Below, piece after piece: positions 9,351 to 18,013 of a DNA stretch of 24,586 nt. Made by a program: the position numbers and the translations under genes. Every line of letters begins with the position of its first letter. Position 1 is the stretch's first letter. Origin of the DNA: Halobacteriaceae archaeon (GTDB lineage Archaea > Halobacteriota > Halobacteria > Halobacteriales > Halobacteriaceae). The stretch spans positions 1-24,586 of the forward strand of contig JBDGTS010000058.1 of the NCBI GenBank assembly GCA_042216675.1. Reading direction: 5' to 3'. The notes below the pieces were generated by a model, which saw nothing but the letters and a program-made list of their open reading frames with translations, made no database searches and was not told the origin of the DNA.

Positions 9351-10601
9351 TCAGTTCAGGTTACAGCCCATTTCACTGGCAGGAGGCAGCGTGTCCTTCC
9401 CGTCGACCTTGCTGAGGAGTTCCACGTCTGCCATACCGCCGTCGCCCTCGGTCATCTCGGCCATCCAGGTCGGGTTGGTCGCCTGGTGGTCGGACTCGCG
9501 GAGCGTGATGTCGCCCAAGACCGTCGTGAACGTCCCGCCCTCGAGGGCGTCACGGACGTCTTCGGGGTCGGTACTGCCAGCTTTCTCCATCCCGCGTGCC
9601 ATGAGTCGGATGGACCCGTAGCCGACGCGCTCGAAGTTGCCGGGCACGCCGTCGTTCTCGTTCTTGAACGCTTCGACGAACTGCTGGTTGTCGCCCAGGT
9701 CGACCGAGGGGTCGTAGCGGACGCCGCCGTACGTACCGACCACGCTGGACCCGGTCCCTTTCCGGACGGCCTTGAAGCTCATCGTCGGGCCGACGAGTGC
9801 CACGTCGTCCGTGAGGCCACGGTCGGCGGCCTGGTTGACGAAGTTGACCAGGTCGCCACCCGTCATGCCCAGGATGACGGCGTCCGCGTTGGAGCTACTG
9901 ATCTGGCTGATGTAGGACCCGAAGTTCGAGGACCCGAGACTGGACTCGGTCTTGCCGACCTCGGTGAAGTTGCCGTTCTCCGCTTTCATCCGCTCTTTCG
10001 TCCGGTTGTAGACCGAGTCGCCGTAGGCGTAGTCGGCGATGTGGAACCAGACGTTCGTGCCGAGTTCGTTGACGGTGTACGGCGAGATGGCCTCGGCGAT
10101 CTGGGCCGTGTTCGTCTCGAACCGGAAGACCCACTGGTTACAGCTGCTGCCCGTGATGGGCACTGCTGCCCCGCCAGAGAAGTAGACGAACCCAGACTGG
10201 TTGGCGAACTCGTTGAGCCCCAGCGCGACGGAACTCGAGATAGCGCCGAACACGAAGTCGGCCTGTTCCTCCTGAACGACCTTCTGGGCCGCCTGGGACG
10301 CGGCACCGGCCTCGGTCTCCGTGTCGTCGTAGACCGGGTCGATCTCGTAGCTGAACTCGTCGCTGTTGTTGATCTGCTTGACCGCGAGTTCGACGCCGGC
10401 ACGCTGTGACGGACCGAGTGAGCTGTAGGCCCCGCTCATCGGGTTCAGGCTCGCGACGGTCACCGACTCGGTGCCGCCGCCAGTGGTGTTGCTACAGCCC
10501 GCCAGCGCGACGGCACCCGCTGCACCGGCACTCGCCAGGAAACGTCGGCGTGACGGTTTCGAAGTCAGACCCTGTTCTGCACCATTGCTTGTCTCTCTCA
10601 T
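9351..10601 (-). CDS. ABC transporter substrate-binding lipoprotein (Liv/PBP type 1), Tat-exported
   Basis: Real start is probably ATG 10601 (MRETS...). Tat motif SRRRFL, lipobox LAGC, PMSGAYSSLG, GAISSSVA, DYAYG. Confidence 0.9.
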   Translation of the reverse strand: MRETSNGAEQGLTSKPSRRRFLASAGAAGAVALAGCSNTTGGGTESVTVASLNPMSGAYSSLGPSQRAGVELAVKQINNSDEFSYEIDPVYDDTETEAGAASQAAQKVVQEEQADFVFGAISSSVALGLNEFANQSGFVYFSGGAAVPITGSSCNQWVFRFETNTAQIAEAISPYTVNELGTNVWFHIADYAYGDSVYNRTKERMKAENGNFTEVGKTESSLGSSNFGSYISQISSSNADAVILGMTGGDLVNFVNQAADRGLTDDVALVGPTMSFKAVRKGTGSSVVGTYGGVRYDPSVDLGDNQQFVEAFKNENDGVPGNFERVGYGSIRLMARGMEKAGSTDPEDVRDALEGGTFTTVLGDITLRESDHQATNPTWMAEMTEGDGGMADVELLSKVDGKDTLPPASEMGCNLN

Positions 10602-10624
10602 GGGTATGCAAAGTAACGCACACC

Positions 10625-10643
10625 AAATCCTATTAAATCCTAT
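10625..10643 (-). promoter_or_regulatory. TATA box of the ABC operon overlapped by a 9-bp direct repeat
   Basis: Minus-strand TTTAATA (10631-10637) ~30 nt upstream of ATG 10601; AAATCCTAT occurs at 10625-10633 and 10635-10643. Confidence 0.55.
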
Positions 10644-10883
10644 GGTATTTACCCGCGTGTATCGGATAAGTCGTGTCGATTTCAAGGCAAAGGTTTTAAT
10701 ACTTCCTCCAGCCGGCCCGCAACAACCCATTCTATCTACATGTTACTCGGGCCGAAATTCAGTGTCGAGCGACGGGCCGGCCCGGGTTCGCGGACGGTTG
10801 GTGCAGCGGTGGTTCGGAAAAAGACCTGCACACTGTTCCGATTGAGCGCCCGGTTCTCCGACGGACACTCGACAGTTCGCGGG

Positions 10884-12245
10884 TTACTGCACCCACACCG
10901 TCTTCCGGTTCACGAACTCCTTGATGCCAGCCTCGGAGAGTTCGCGACCGTAGCCGGCGTCACCGACGCCACCGAACGGGACGCGCGGGTCGGATTTCGT
11001 CATCTCGTTGATGTAGACGCAACCGGCGTCGACGTCGCGTGCGAGTCGTTCGCCACGGTCGCGGTCTTCGGTCCAGATGCTCGCACCCAGGCCGAAGCGA
11101 GTGTCGTTGGCGAGTTCGATAGCCGCTGCCTCGTCGGCCACTTCGTAGACGGCGGCGACCGGCCCGAAGGTCTCCTCGGCGTCCGCGGGACAGCCCTCGG
11201 GGACGTCGGTCAACACCGTCGGTGGATAGAACGCACCCTCCCTGTCGAGTGGCTCGCCGCCCGTCTCGACCGTCGCGCCGGCGTCGACGCTCGCCTTGAC
11301 CTGCTCGTGGAGTTCCGCCATCAGGTCCGGGTCGGCCTGTGACCCGATGTCCGTCTCCTCGTCCATCGGGTCCCCGACGGTGAGGTCCTCGAACGCGGCG
11401 ACGAACCGGTCGACGAACTCCTCGTAGACGTCCTCGTGGACGATGAACCGTTTCGCCGCGATACAGGACTGGCCGCCGTTCTGGTTGCGCGCCTGGACAC
11501 CTTTCTCGACGGCAGCCTCCAGGTCGGCGTCCTCCAGCACGACGAACGGGTCACTGCCGCCCAGTTCGAGGACGGTCTTCTTGAGGTGCTTGCCGGCAGT
11601 CTCGGCGACGGCCCGGCCGGCGGGGCCGCTGCCAGTGAGCGTCGCCGCGCGGACGCGGTCGTCGGCGAGCACGTCGTCGACCTTGCTGGAGCCGATGAGC
11701 AGCGTCTGGAAGACGCCTTCGGGGTAGCCGGCCTCGCGGAACACCTCTTCGAGTGCCTCCGCGCACCCGGGGACGTTCGAGGCGTGTTTGAGCAGTCCCA
11801 CGTTGCCCGCGGTGACGTACGGTGCCGCGAAGCGGATGACCTGCCAGAACGGGTAGTTCCAGGGCATCACCGCGAGGACCGGGCCGAGCGGGTCGTGGAC
11901 GGTCTTGACCTCGGTCCCCGGCGGACTCGGGTGCGTGTCGGATTCGAGGTAGGCACTCGCGTGTTCCGCGTAGTGGTCACAGGCCCACGCGCACTTCTCG
12001 ACCTCTCCGAGCGCCTGCGAGATGGGTTTGCCCATCTCCTCGGTCATCAGCTCGGCGTATCGGCGTTTGTTCTCGCGGAGGACGTCGGCGGCCGACGCGA
12101 GGAGTTCCTCGCGCTCGCGCATGGGCCGCTCGCTCCACTCCTCGAATCGGTCCATCGCCGTCGCAAGTTTCCCGTCCACGTCCGCGTCGTCGTCTTCGGT
12201 GTACTCCGCGATTCGCTCGCCGGTGGCTGGGTTTACCGCTTCCAT
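10884..12245 (-). CDS. NAD(P)-dependent aldehyde dehydrogenase (succinate-semialdehyde dehydrogenase Sad/GabD-like)
   Basis: NPATGE, MPWNYP, LKHAS, LTGS, catalytic Glu ELGGSDP, catalytic Cys GQSCIA, EETFGP, PFGG. Start ATG 12245 fits promoter spacing (alternative 12254). Confidence 0.93.
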   Translation of the reverse strand: MEAVNPATGERIAEYTEDDDADVDGKLATAMDRFEEWSERPMREREELLASAADVLRENKRRYAELMTEEMGKPISQALGEVEKCAWACDHYAEHASAYLESDTHPSPPGTEVKTVHDPLGPVLAVMPWNYPFWQVIRFAAPYVTAGNVGLLKHASNVPGCAEALEEVFREAGYPEGVFQTLLIGSSKVDDVLADDRVRAATLTGSGPAGRAVAETAGKHLKKTVLELGGSDPFVVLEDADLEAAVEKGVQARNQNGGQSCIAAKRFIVHEDVYEEFVDRFVAAFEDLTVGDPMDEETDIGSQADPDLMAELHEQVKASVDAGATVETGGEPLDREGAFYPPTVLTDVPEGCPADAEETFGPVAAVYEVADEAAAIELANDTRFGLGASIWTEDRDRGERLARDVDAGCVYINEMTKSDPRVPFGGVGDAGYGRELSEAGIKEFVNRKTVWVQ

Positions 12246-12271
12246 GGTAGTCATACTCCCGGACAGAGGGC

Positions 12272-12327
12272 CTTAGGTATTTTCGTTACGCGCATGGGAG
12301 TCGTCTCTGCAACCTGAGGATTTATTT
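12272..12327. promoter_or_regulatory. Divergent promoters for the aldehyde dehydrogenase and the EthD-HD operon
   Basis: Minus strand: BRE-like CGAAAA then TACCTAAG (12272-12285). Plus strand: TTTATTT at 12321-12327, 25-31 nt before ATG 12352. Confidence 0.5.
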
Positions 12328-12351
12328 CGAGGGGTGTGATAGACACGTTTG

Positions 12352-13068
12352 ATGTACAAGCACACGGCACTGCTAGTCAGACAGCCAGGTATGTCTCACG
12401 AGGAGTTCGTCGACTACTGGCAGAACAACCACACGCCCATCGCCAAGGACATCGAGGGCGTCGTCAGGTATCAACAGGTACTGCCCACCGAGCCCGAACA
12501 CGCCGAATTCGACGGGCTGGCGGAACTGTACTTCGAGACACTCGACGACCTCCACGAAGCGCTGGGAAGCCCCGGCTCCCGCGACTACGACCCGACCAAA
12601 GAGGTCGCGGCGGAGGCGCGCGAGGACGTCGACAACTTCCTCGCCGTCGAGGAGCGCCCGCGCTTCATCGGCGAGGAAATCGTCCAGAAAGACGAGGTCG
12701 ACGGCGACACCGACCGCCTCTACAAGCACTCGGCGTTCCTCGTCCGTCAGGACGGCATGACCCACGAGGAGTTCGTCGACCACTGGCAGAACAACCACAC
12801 GCCCATCGCCCGCGAAATCGAGGGCGTCGTCAAGTACAACACCGTCCTGCCGGCCGACCCCGAGAACGCCGAGTTCGACGGCGTCGCCGAACTCTACTTC
12901 GAGGACCTCTCGAAGCTCTACGCCGCCCTCGGTAGCGAAGGGTCCCGCGACTACGACCCGAACAAGGGGAAGGCGAAGGAAGCGCGCGAGGACGTCGACA
13001 ACTTCCTCGCCATCGACGAGCGCCCGCGCTTCATCGGCCAGGAACGCCTCGTCAAAGACGAGTCCTGA
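12352..13068 (+). CDS. Tandem EthD-domain (DABB superfamily) protein
   Basis: Two copies of the EthD pattern R-x-x-GM(S/T)HEEF-x-x-(Y/H)W-x-x-x-H-x-P...FDG-x-AELYF. Confidence 0.88.
   Translation: MYKHTALLVRQPGMSHEEFVDYWQNNHTPIAKDIEGVVRYQQVLPTEPEHAEFDGLAELYFETLDDLHEALGSPGSRDYDPTKEVAAEAREDVDNFLAVEERPRFIGEEIVQKDEVDGDTDRLYKHSAFLVRQDGMTHEEFVDHWQNNHTPIAREIEGVVKYNTVLPADPENAEFDGVAELYFEDLSKLYAALGSEGSRDYDPNKGKAKEAREDVDNFLAIDERPRFIGQERLVKDES
12355..13065 (+). repeat. Intragenic tandem duplication, 366-nt period
   Basis: Units start at 12355 and 12721. Manual alignment gives about 84/115 identical amino acids, with long identical DNA runs such as CACGAGGAGTTCGTCGAC and TGGCAGAACAACCACACGCCCATCGCC. Confidence 0.95.
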
Positions 13069-13071
13069 CCC

Positions 13072-13662
13072 ATGCCGGAGTACGAGACGCAGGTCCGCGA
13101 GGCGTTCCCCGAACTCGACGACATCGAGAGTACGGACCTCCTCGAGAAGGTCGTCGAGGCGTGGACGCTCGGCCTCGACCGCGGCGGCTGGCGGCACGTC
13201 GAGGACATCCCCTACGCCTGGAACATCCACGAGGTGACCAACGTCGAACACGTTCGCGGCGTCACGCGTATCGCCAAACGCGCGGCCGCCGAACAGCGTG
13301 AGTTCCACGGCGCCGACCCCGACCTGGACGTCGTCGTGGCGGCGTGTCTCCTCCACGACGTCGGGAAGTGCTACGAGTACGTCGACTTCGTCGACGACGA
13401 GAAACTGCTCGACCCCGACGCGCGCTACGCGACCGAGGAAGTGCCACACTCCCTGTCGGGCTACGCGCTGGCCCACGAAGTCGGCTGTCCGCTCGCCGTC
13501 CAGCGGGCCATCCCCCACTTCATCGGCGAGATTCCCACCCGGACGATGGAAGCGGAACTCGTCAAGAGCGCGAACTCGGCGTCCTCGAACGCCATCACCC
13601 AGTCGGCGATGGGCATCACGCTGCAGGAGTGGGTCGACGAGTACTCACAGACCCAGAACTGA
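13072..13662 (+). CDS. HD-domain protein (atypical metal site)
   Basis: NVEH...ACLLHDVGK...PHS motif order; starts 3 nt after the EthD stop codon, implying one operon. Confidence 0.85.
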   Translation: MPEYETQVREAFPELDDIESTDLLEKVVEAWTLGLDRGGWRHVEDIPYAWNIHEVTNVEHVRGVTRIAKRAAAEQREFHGADPDLDVVVAACLLHDVGKCYEYVDFVDDEKLLDPDARYATEEVPHSLSGYALAHEVGCPLAVQRAIPHFIGEIPTRTMEAELVKSANSASSNAITQSAMGITLQEWVDEYSQTQN

Positions 13663-13675
13663 CGTACCGCCCGGA

Positions 13676-13688
13676 TTCTTTTTCCCTT
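13676..13688 (+). terminator. Oligo-T archaeal terminator after the EthD-HD operon
   Basis: TTCTTTTTCCCTT 14 nt downstream of the stop at 13662. Confidence 0.45.
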
Positions 13689-13742
13689 GTGTCGTGTGAG
13701 CTATGCACACTCTATATGATGTCGGATACCCTCATTGTACCC

Positions 13743-13928
13743 ATGCCAGTCCCAGGATACGACCCGGCCGACGTCGAAGACGCGCTCAGGAGCAAGCTCG
13801 ACGAGACGGACACCCAGGAGGTGCTGACCGACGAGGAGAGGGCCGCCTACCGAAACGACGACGCCTCACTCGTCGACCTGCTCGACGACGACCAGATAGC
13901 CCGGATACTCGACGACCGCGTCGCGTAG
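13743..13928 (+). CDS. Small acidic hypothetical protein (61 aa, MPVPGYDP...)
   Basis: ATG 13743, TATATG box at ~13713, strongly acidic halophile composition and GAC/GAG-rich codons; resembles a small haloarchaeal protein family. Confidence 0.72.
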   Translation: MPVPGYDPADVEDALRSKLDETDTQEVLTDEERAAYRNDDASLVDLLDDDQIARILDDRVA

Positions 13929-14034
13929 CAGCAACGTCCTGCGCATCGAGATTTGCACACCCTGCATCGAGCGCTCGCGGTCGGTCGTGATAGAACAGGG
14001 ACGCGGAACCGACGTGACGCGTTCGGCGGCGCGT

Positions 14035-15342
14035 TCAGTGCGTTTCGATGTCGGATTCGAGACGCTCGATGAGGTCGAAAATCTCGCGGGCGAGGTCCGC
14101 CTGCTCCTCGCTGTGATTGGAGACGTCGTTCATCTCGTCGCTGATGGCCGCCATTCGGTCGACGGCTTCGTCGATGAGGCTACTCACTTCTTCGGCGGTG
14201 GTGGCCTGGTCCTCCGTCGCCCTGGCCGTCTCGGTCATCGCCCCGGAGACGTCGCGCACGGTGTCGGCAATCTCCTCCTGGTTCTCGATGAGGTGGTCCA
14301 CGGCGTCGATTGCCTGGGAGAGCTCCGAGTTCGTCTGGTCGACGCTATCGAGCGTCTCCTCGATGTTGCCGCGGATGCCGTTCGCGATGGACTCGATTTC
14401 GGCGACTTCGTTTTGCGATTCCTCGGCGAGTTGCTTGACTTCGTCGGCGACGACGGCGAACCCCTCGCCGGCCTCGCCGGCCCGGGCGGCCTCGATGGAG
14501 GCGTTGAGTGCCAGGATGTTCGTCTGTTCGGCGATGTCCTGGACCACCTCGACGATCTGGTCGAGTTCCTCGGTCCGCTCCTGGAGTTCGTGCCCGTTTT
14601 CGGCCACACGGTCGCCCGAGTCGGCGACGTTCTCCATCGCGACTTCGGCACTCTCGGCGACGTCCTGTGATTCCTCGGCCAGTTCGGCCGCGGTTTCGAC
14701 CTGGTTGCTCACCTCGTCGGCGCTCGACGCTATCTCTTCGATGGTCGCAGAGAAGGTGTTGACCTCGTTGCGGAGCGATTCGAGCTGGTCGACCTGGTCA
14801 CCGGCCAGCGCGTTCGCCTCCTTGATGCTCGTCTCGGTCTGTTCGCTGTAATCGCGCAGGTCCGCAACCCGCGTCTCGACGTTCTCGGAGACCTCCTCCT
14901 GTATCTGCTCCATCTTCCGCTGGGTCTCGATGAGGTCGGTCACCAGCGAGATGACCTCGAAGACGGCGACCACGTTGCCGCGGCCGTCGCGGATGGGGAC
15001 GGCCAGTGCCCGCGAGTGGAACGGTTCGCCGTCCGCGTCGGTCGCCGTCCGGATGTCCGTCTCGCGGATGGGTTCGTCCTTCCGCAGGACCGTCTCTGCC
15101 AGCGTCTCGTCTTCGCCTTCGGTGCCGAAGATGTCGTAGGCGTTCCGGCCCAGCACTTCGTCTTCGGTGTACCCGATCAGGTCCACCATGTATTCGTTCC
15201 AGCCCGTAATCTCCCCGTCGGCGTCGATGACGAACACCGGTTCGGGATACCGATCGACGAGCGTCTGGAACGCCTGCTTCCAGAACTCGCCGTCGTCAGT
15301 GCCGTCGCTAGCTGCGCCCTCTGGCTCTATCGTGATTGTCAT
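14035..15342 (-). CDS. Soluble PAS-domain methyl-accepting chemotaxis transducer (Htr-type)
   Basis: N-terminal PAS ([15 protein letters not shown]...[11 protein letters not shown]...[10 protein letters not shown]); signalling hairpin [38 protein letters not shown]; no transmembrane segment. ATG 15342. Confidence 0.92.
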   Translation of the reverse strand: MTITIEPEGAASDGTDDGEFWKQAFQTLVDRYPEPVFVIDADGEITGWNEYMVDLIGYTEDEVLGRNAYDIFGTEGEDETLAETVLRKDEPIRETDIRTATDADGEPFHSRALAVPIRDGRGNVVAVFEVISLVTDLIETQRKMEQIQEEVSENVETRVADLRDYSEQTETSIKEANALAGDQVDQLESLRNEVNTFSATIEEIASSADEVSNQVETAAELAEESQDVAESAEVAMENVADSGDRVAENGHELQERTEELDQIVEVVQDIAEQTNILALNASIEAARAGEAGEGFAVVADEVKQLAEESQNEVAEIESIANGIRGNIEETLDSVDQTNSELSQAIDAVDHLIENQEEIADTVRDVSGAMTETARATEDQATTAEEVSSLIDEAVDRMAAISDEMNDVSNHSEEQADLAREIFDLIERLESDIETH

Positions 15343-15366
15343 GTGTCGCTCCGAGTGCGCTCCTGA

Positions 15367-15398
15367 CAGTTGCAACTGAGTATATACACTTAATTGTG
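15367..15398 (-). promoter_or_regulatory. Transducer promoter with clustered palindromes
   Basis: CAGTTGCAACTG (15367-15378, perfect), GTATATAC (15380-15387, perfect) and CACTTAATTGTG (15387-15398, imperfect), 25-56 nt upstream of ATG 15342. Confidence 0.5.
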
Positions 15399-15504
15399 AC
15401 GACGAAATCGATACCGCAGAGAATCCGCCAGTCCGGCAACGTCGCCGCGGCCCGTCGGCACCGACACCGTCCGTCGTCGGCAGCGATGGGCCGAACCAGA
15501 GCCG

Positions 15505-17511
15505 TTACCGGTCGTCCCGGGCGGCTTCTATCTCGTCGATGGCGTCGGGGTTCTCGATGCTGGAGAGGTCGCCAACGTCCTCGCCGGTGTAGACGCTCTG
15601 GATGATGCGGCGGACGATTTTCCCCGACTGGGTCTTCGGGAACTCGTCGACGAACAGCACTTCCCGGGGCCGGAACGGCTTGCCCAGTTCCTCGCCGACC
15701 TGTGCGTGCAGTTCCTCGCGCAGGTCGTCGCTCTCGTCGACGCCGTCTTCGAGGATGACGTACGTGACGACGGCCGTCCCCGTGGTGTCGTCGGGGGCAC
15801 CGATGGCCGCGGCGGCGTTGACCGCCTCGTGGTCGATGAGCGCGCCCTCGACCTCCGCAGGGCCGACTTTCCGGCCGGCGACGTTGAGGACGTCGTCGGC
15901 GCGGCCGTGGAGGAACCAGAAGCCGTCCTCGTCTTTCTGCGCCCAGTCGCCGTGGTCCCACATGTCGTCGAAGCGCGACCAGTACTCTTCCAGGTAGCGC
16001 TCGTCGCCGCTCCACAGCGACTTGGTCATCGACGGCGCGGACGATTTGCAGACGAGATACCCCTTCTCGTGGCTGTCCGCGATGGACTCGCCGCTCGCGT
16101 CGACGATGTCGACGTCCATGCCCAGGGCCGGGCCACCAAGCGTGCCGGGCTTCAACCCGTGCAACGGCGTCGGCTGGAGGAAGCAGCCGAAGATTTCCGT
16201 CCCGCCGGAGATGTTCATGATGGGCGCTTCGCCCTGCCCGACGTTGTCCAGGAACCACTGCCAGGAGTCGGGGTCCCACGGCTCACCGGTCGACCCCAGC
16301 AGGCGGAGCGAGGAGAGGTCGTGACCTTCCAGCCACTCGTCGCCCTGCTTCTGGAGCGCGCGGATAGCCGTCGGGGAGATGCCGAACACCGACAGCGCGT
16401 GGTCGTCGATCATCCGCCAGAACCGGTCGGGGTCCGGGTGGTCCGGTGCCCCCTCGTAGAGGAAGACGGTCCCGCCGTGGGCGTGGTTGCCGATGAGCGT
16501 CCACGGCCCCATCATCCAGCCGATGTCGCTCACCCAGAAGAAGCGGTCCGACGGTTTGTGGTCGAACGAGAAGTAAATCTCCTTGGCCGGCTGGACGAGG
16601 CCACCCGCGTGCGTGTGGACGATGCCCTTGGGCTTGCCCGTGGTCCCCGACGAGTACAGCAACATCGACTCCTGGTCGGAGGGCAGGGATTTCGTCTCGT
16701 ATGCGTCGTCCTGGCTCTCGACGGCGTCGGCCCACCACTCGTCGCGGTCGGTCCAGGGAATCGACGACTCGTCGGAGTCGAGGCGGTCGTAGACGATGGT
16801 GTGTTCGACGTGGCCCGCTTCCTCGATGGCCTCGTCGGCGGCGTCCTTGAGCGGAATCTCGCTGCCACGGCGGTAGAAGCCGTCGCCGGTGAACAGCACG
16901 GAACACTCGGCGTCCGCGATGCGCGTCGCCGTGGCGTCGACGCCGAACCCCGAGAAGATGGGGACCGCGATGGCACCGACCTTGAAACAGCCGTAGAGGA
17001 GCGGGACGATTTCGGGGACCATCGGCATGTAGAGGCCGACGGTGTCGCCCGTCTCGATACCGCGCTCCTCGAGGGCGTTGGCCACCTTGTTCGACTGGCG
17101 GTGGAGTTCGTGATAGGTCACCTCGCGGACCTCGCCGTCCTCGCCCTCCCAGATGGTGGCCACCTTGTTGCGCGTCTCCGCGTCGGCCTGGGCGTGTCTG
17201 TCGACGACGTTGTGCGCGACGTTCAGTTCGCCACCGACGTACCAGTCGGTGAACTGTGGTCCCTCACTATCCTCGCGAACGTCGTCGTACTCCTCGTAGA
17301 ACTCCAGGTCGAGGAAGTCGACAACTTCGTCCCAGAACCAGTCGAGGCCGGAGGCGTCGACGCCCTCGACTTCGCTGACGGTTCGTTCGTGGAGTTCTTC
17401 GAAGTCCTCGATGCCGTGCTCGTCCATGAACGCGCGGACGTTGCTTCGCTCGACGAACGCCTCGCTGGGCTCGTAGCGTACCTCGTCGAGTCCCTCGTCT
17501 GTGTCTGTCAT
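15505..17511 (-). CDS. acs: AMP-forming acetyl-/short-chain acyl-CoA synthetase
   Basis: 668 aa; YSSGTTGKPKG, DIGWMMG, GSTGEP, GRADD and PKTQSGKIVRR, with an ACS-type N-terminal extension. Confidence 0.9.
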   Translation of the reverse strand: MTDTDEGLDEVRYEPSEAFVERSNVRAFMDEHGIEDFEELHERTVSEVEGVDASGLDWFWDEVVDFLDLEFYEEYDDVREDSEGPQFTDWYVGGELNVAHNVVDRHAQADAETRNKVATIWEGEDGEVREVTYHELHRQSNKVANALEERGIETGDTVGLYMPMVPEIVPLLYGCFKVGAIAVPIFSGFGVDATATRIADAECSVLFTGDGFYRRGSEIPLKDAADEAIEEAGHVEHTIVYDRLDSDESSIPWTDRDEWWADAVESQDDAYETKSLPSDQESMLLYSSGTTGKPKGIVHTHAGGLVQPAKEIYFSFDHKPSDRFFWVSDIGWMMGPWTLIGNHAHGGTVFLYEGAPDHPDPDRFWRMIDDHALSVFGISPTAIRALQKQGDEWLEGHDLSSLRLLGSTGEPWDPDSWQWFLDNVGQGEAPIMNISGGTEIFGCFLQPTPLHGLKPGTLGGPALGMDVDIVDASGESIADSHEKGYLVCKSSAPSMTKSLWSGDERYLEEYWSRFDDMWDHGDWAQKDEDGFWFLHGRADDVLNVAGRKVGPAEVEGALIDHEAVNAAAAIGAPDDTTGTAVVTYVILEDGVDESDDLREELHAQVGEELGKPFRPREVLFVDEFPKTQSGKIVRRIIQSVYTGEDVGDLSSIENPDAIDEIEAARDDR

Positions 17512-17564
17512 GGTGTCTCACAATCAACTGACGGCAGTATGGTATTAACGGTACCGGAGACGGG

Positions 17565-17954
17565 TTAGCCCGTCTTGTACACGCCGCGGGCGTCCGCGAC
17601 CTGCGTTCCGTCTTCGGCGGTGACCAGCACGTCGACGACGCCCACCTCGCCGCCGAGACGGACGACCTCGGCCTCGGCGGCCAGGTCGCCGGTGCCGGCC
17701 TCCAGGTAGTCGATGCGCATGTCTATCGTCGGCACTGGCTGGTCGACCATCGACACGAGGGCGGCCCCGCCGACGGTATCGGCCAGCGTGAACGTGACCC
17801 CGCCGTGGGCCATGACCCGGTCGCTGTTCCAGGAGAGTTCCTCGCGCATCTCGATGGTTCCCTCGGCGTGGCCCTCCTCGGCGACCGTGACGTCGACACC
17901 GAGCAGGTCTGCGAACGGCATGTCCTCGAAGAATGCTTCTACATTCATAACCAT
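17565..17954 (-). CDS. paaI: PaaI family hotdog thioesterase
   Basis: PFADLLG, HGGVTFTLADTVGG, TIDMRIDYL; directly downstream of paaK. Alternative start 17948. Confidence 0.85.
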   Translation of the reverse strand: MVMNVEAFFEDMPFADLLGVDVTVAEEGHAEGTIEMREELSWNSDRVMAHGGVTFTLADTVGGAALVSMVDQPVPTIDMRIDYLEAGTGDLAAEAEVVRLGGEVGVVDVLVTAEDGTQVADARGVYKTG

Positions 17955-18013
17955 CGGAGCGATTTCGCGGCCGGGAGAATAAGCGTTGATGTTGTCAGTC
18001 GTTTCGTCAGCGC

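Noticed and set aside
10602-10730. 43-aa N-terminal extension of the binding protein in the ORF track
   Set aside because: It covers the promoter, and the Tat signal position supports ATG 10601.
12355-13065. Repeated DNA as a CRISPR array or assembly artefact
   Set aside because: Only two in-frame units with many synonymous and conservative differences. No spacer structure and no haloarchaeal CRISPR repeat is seen in the window.
15706-17568. 620-aa plus-strand ORF and similar long antisense ORFs throughout the window
   Set aside because: Mirror frames of well-supported genes in high-GC DNA; no motifs.
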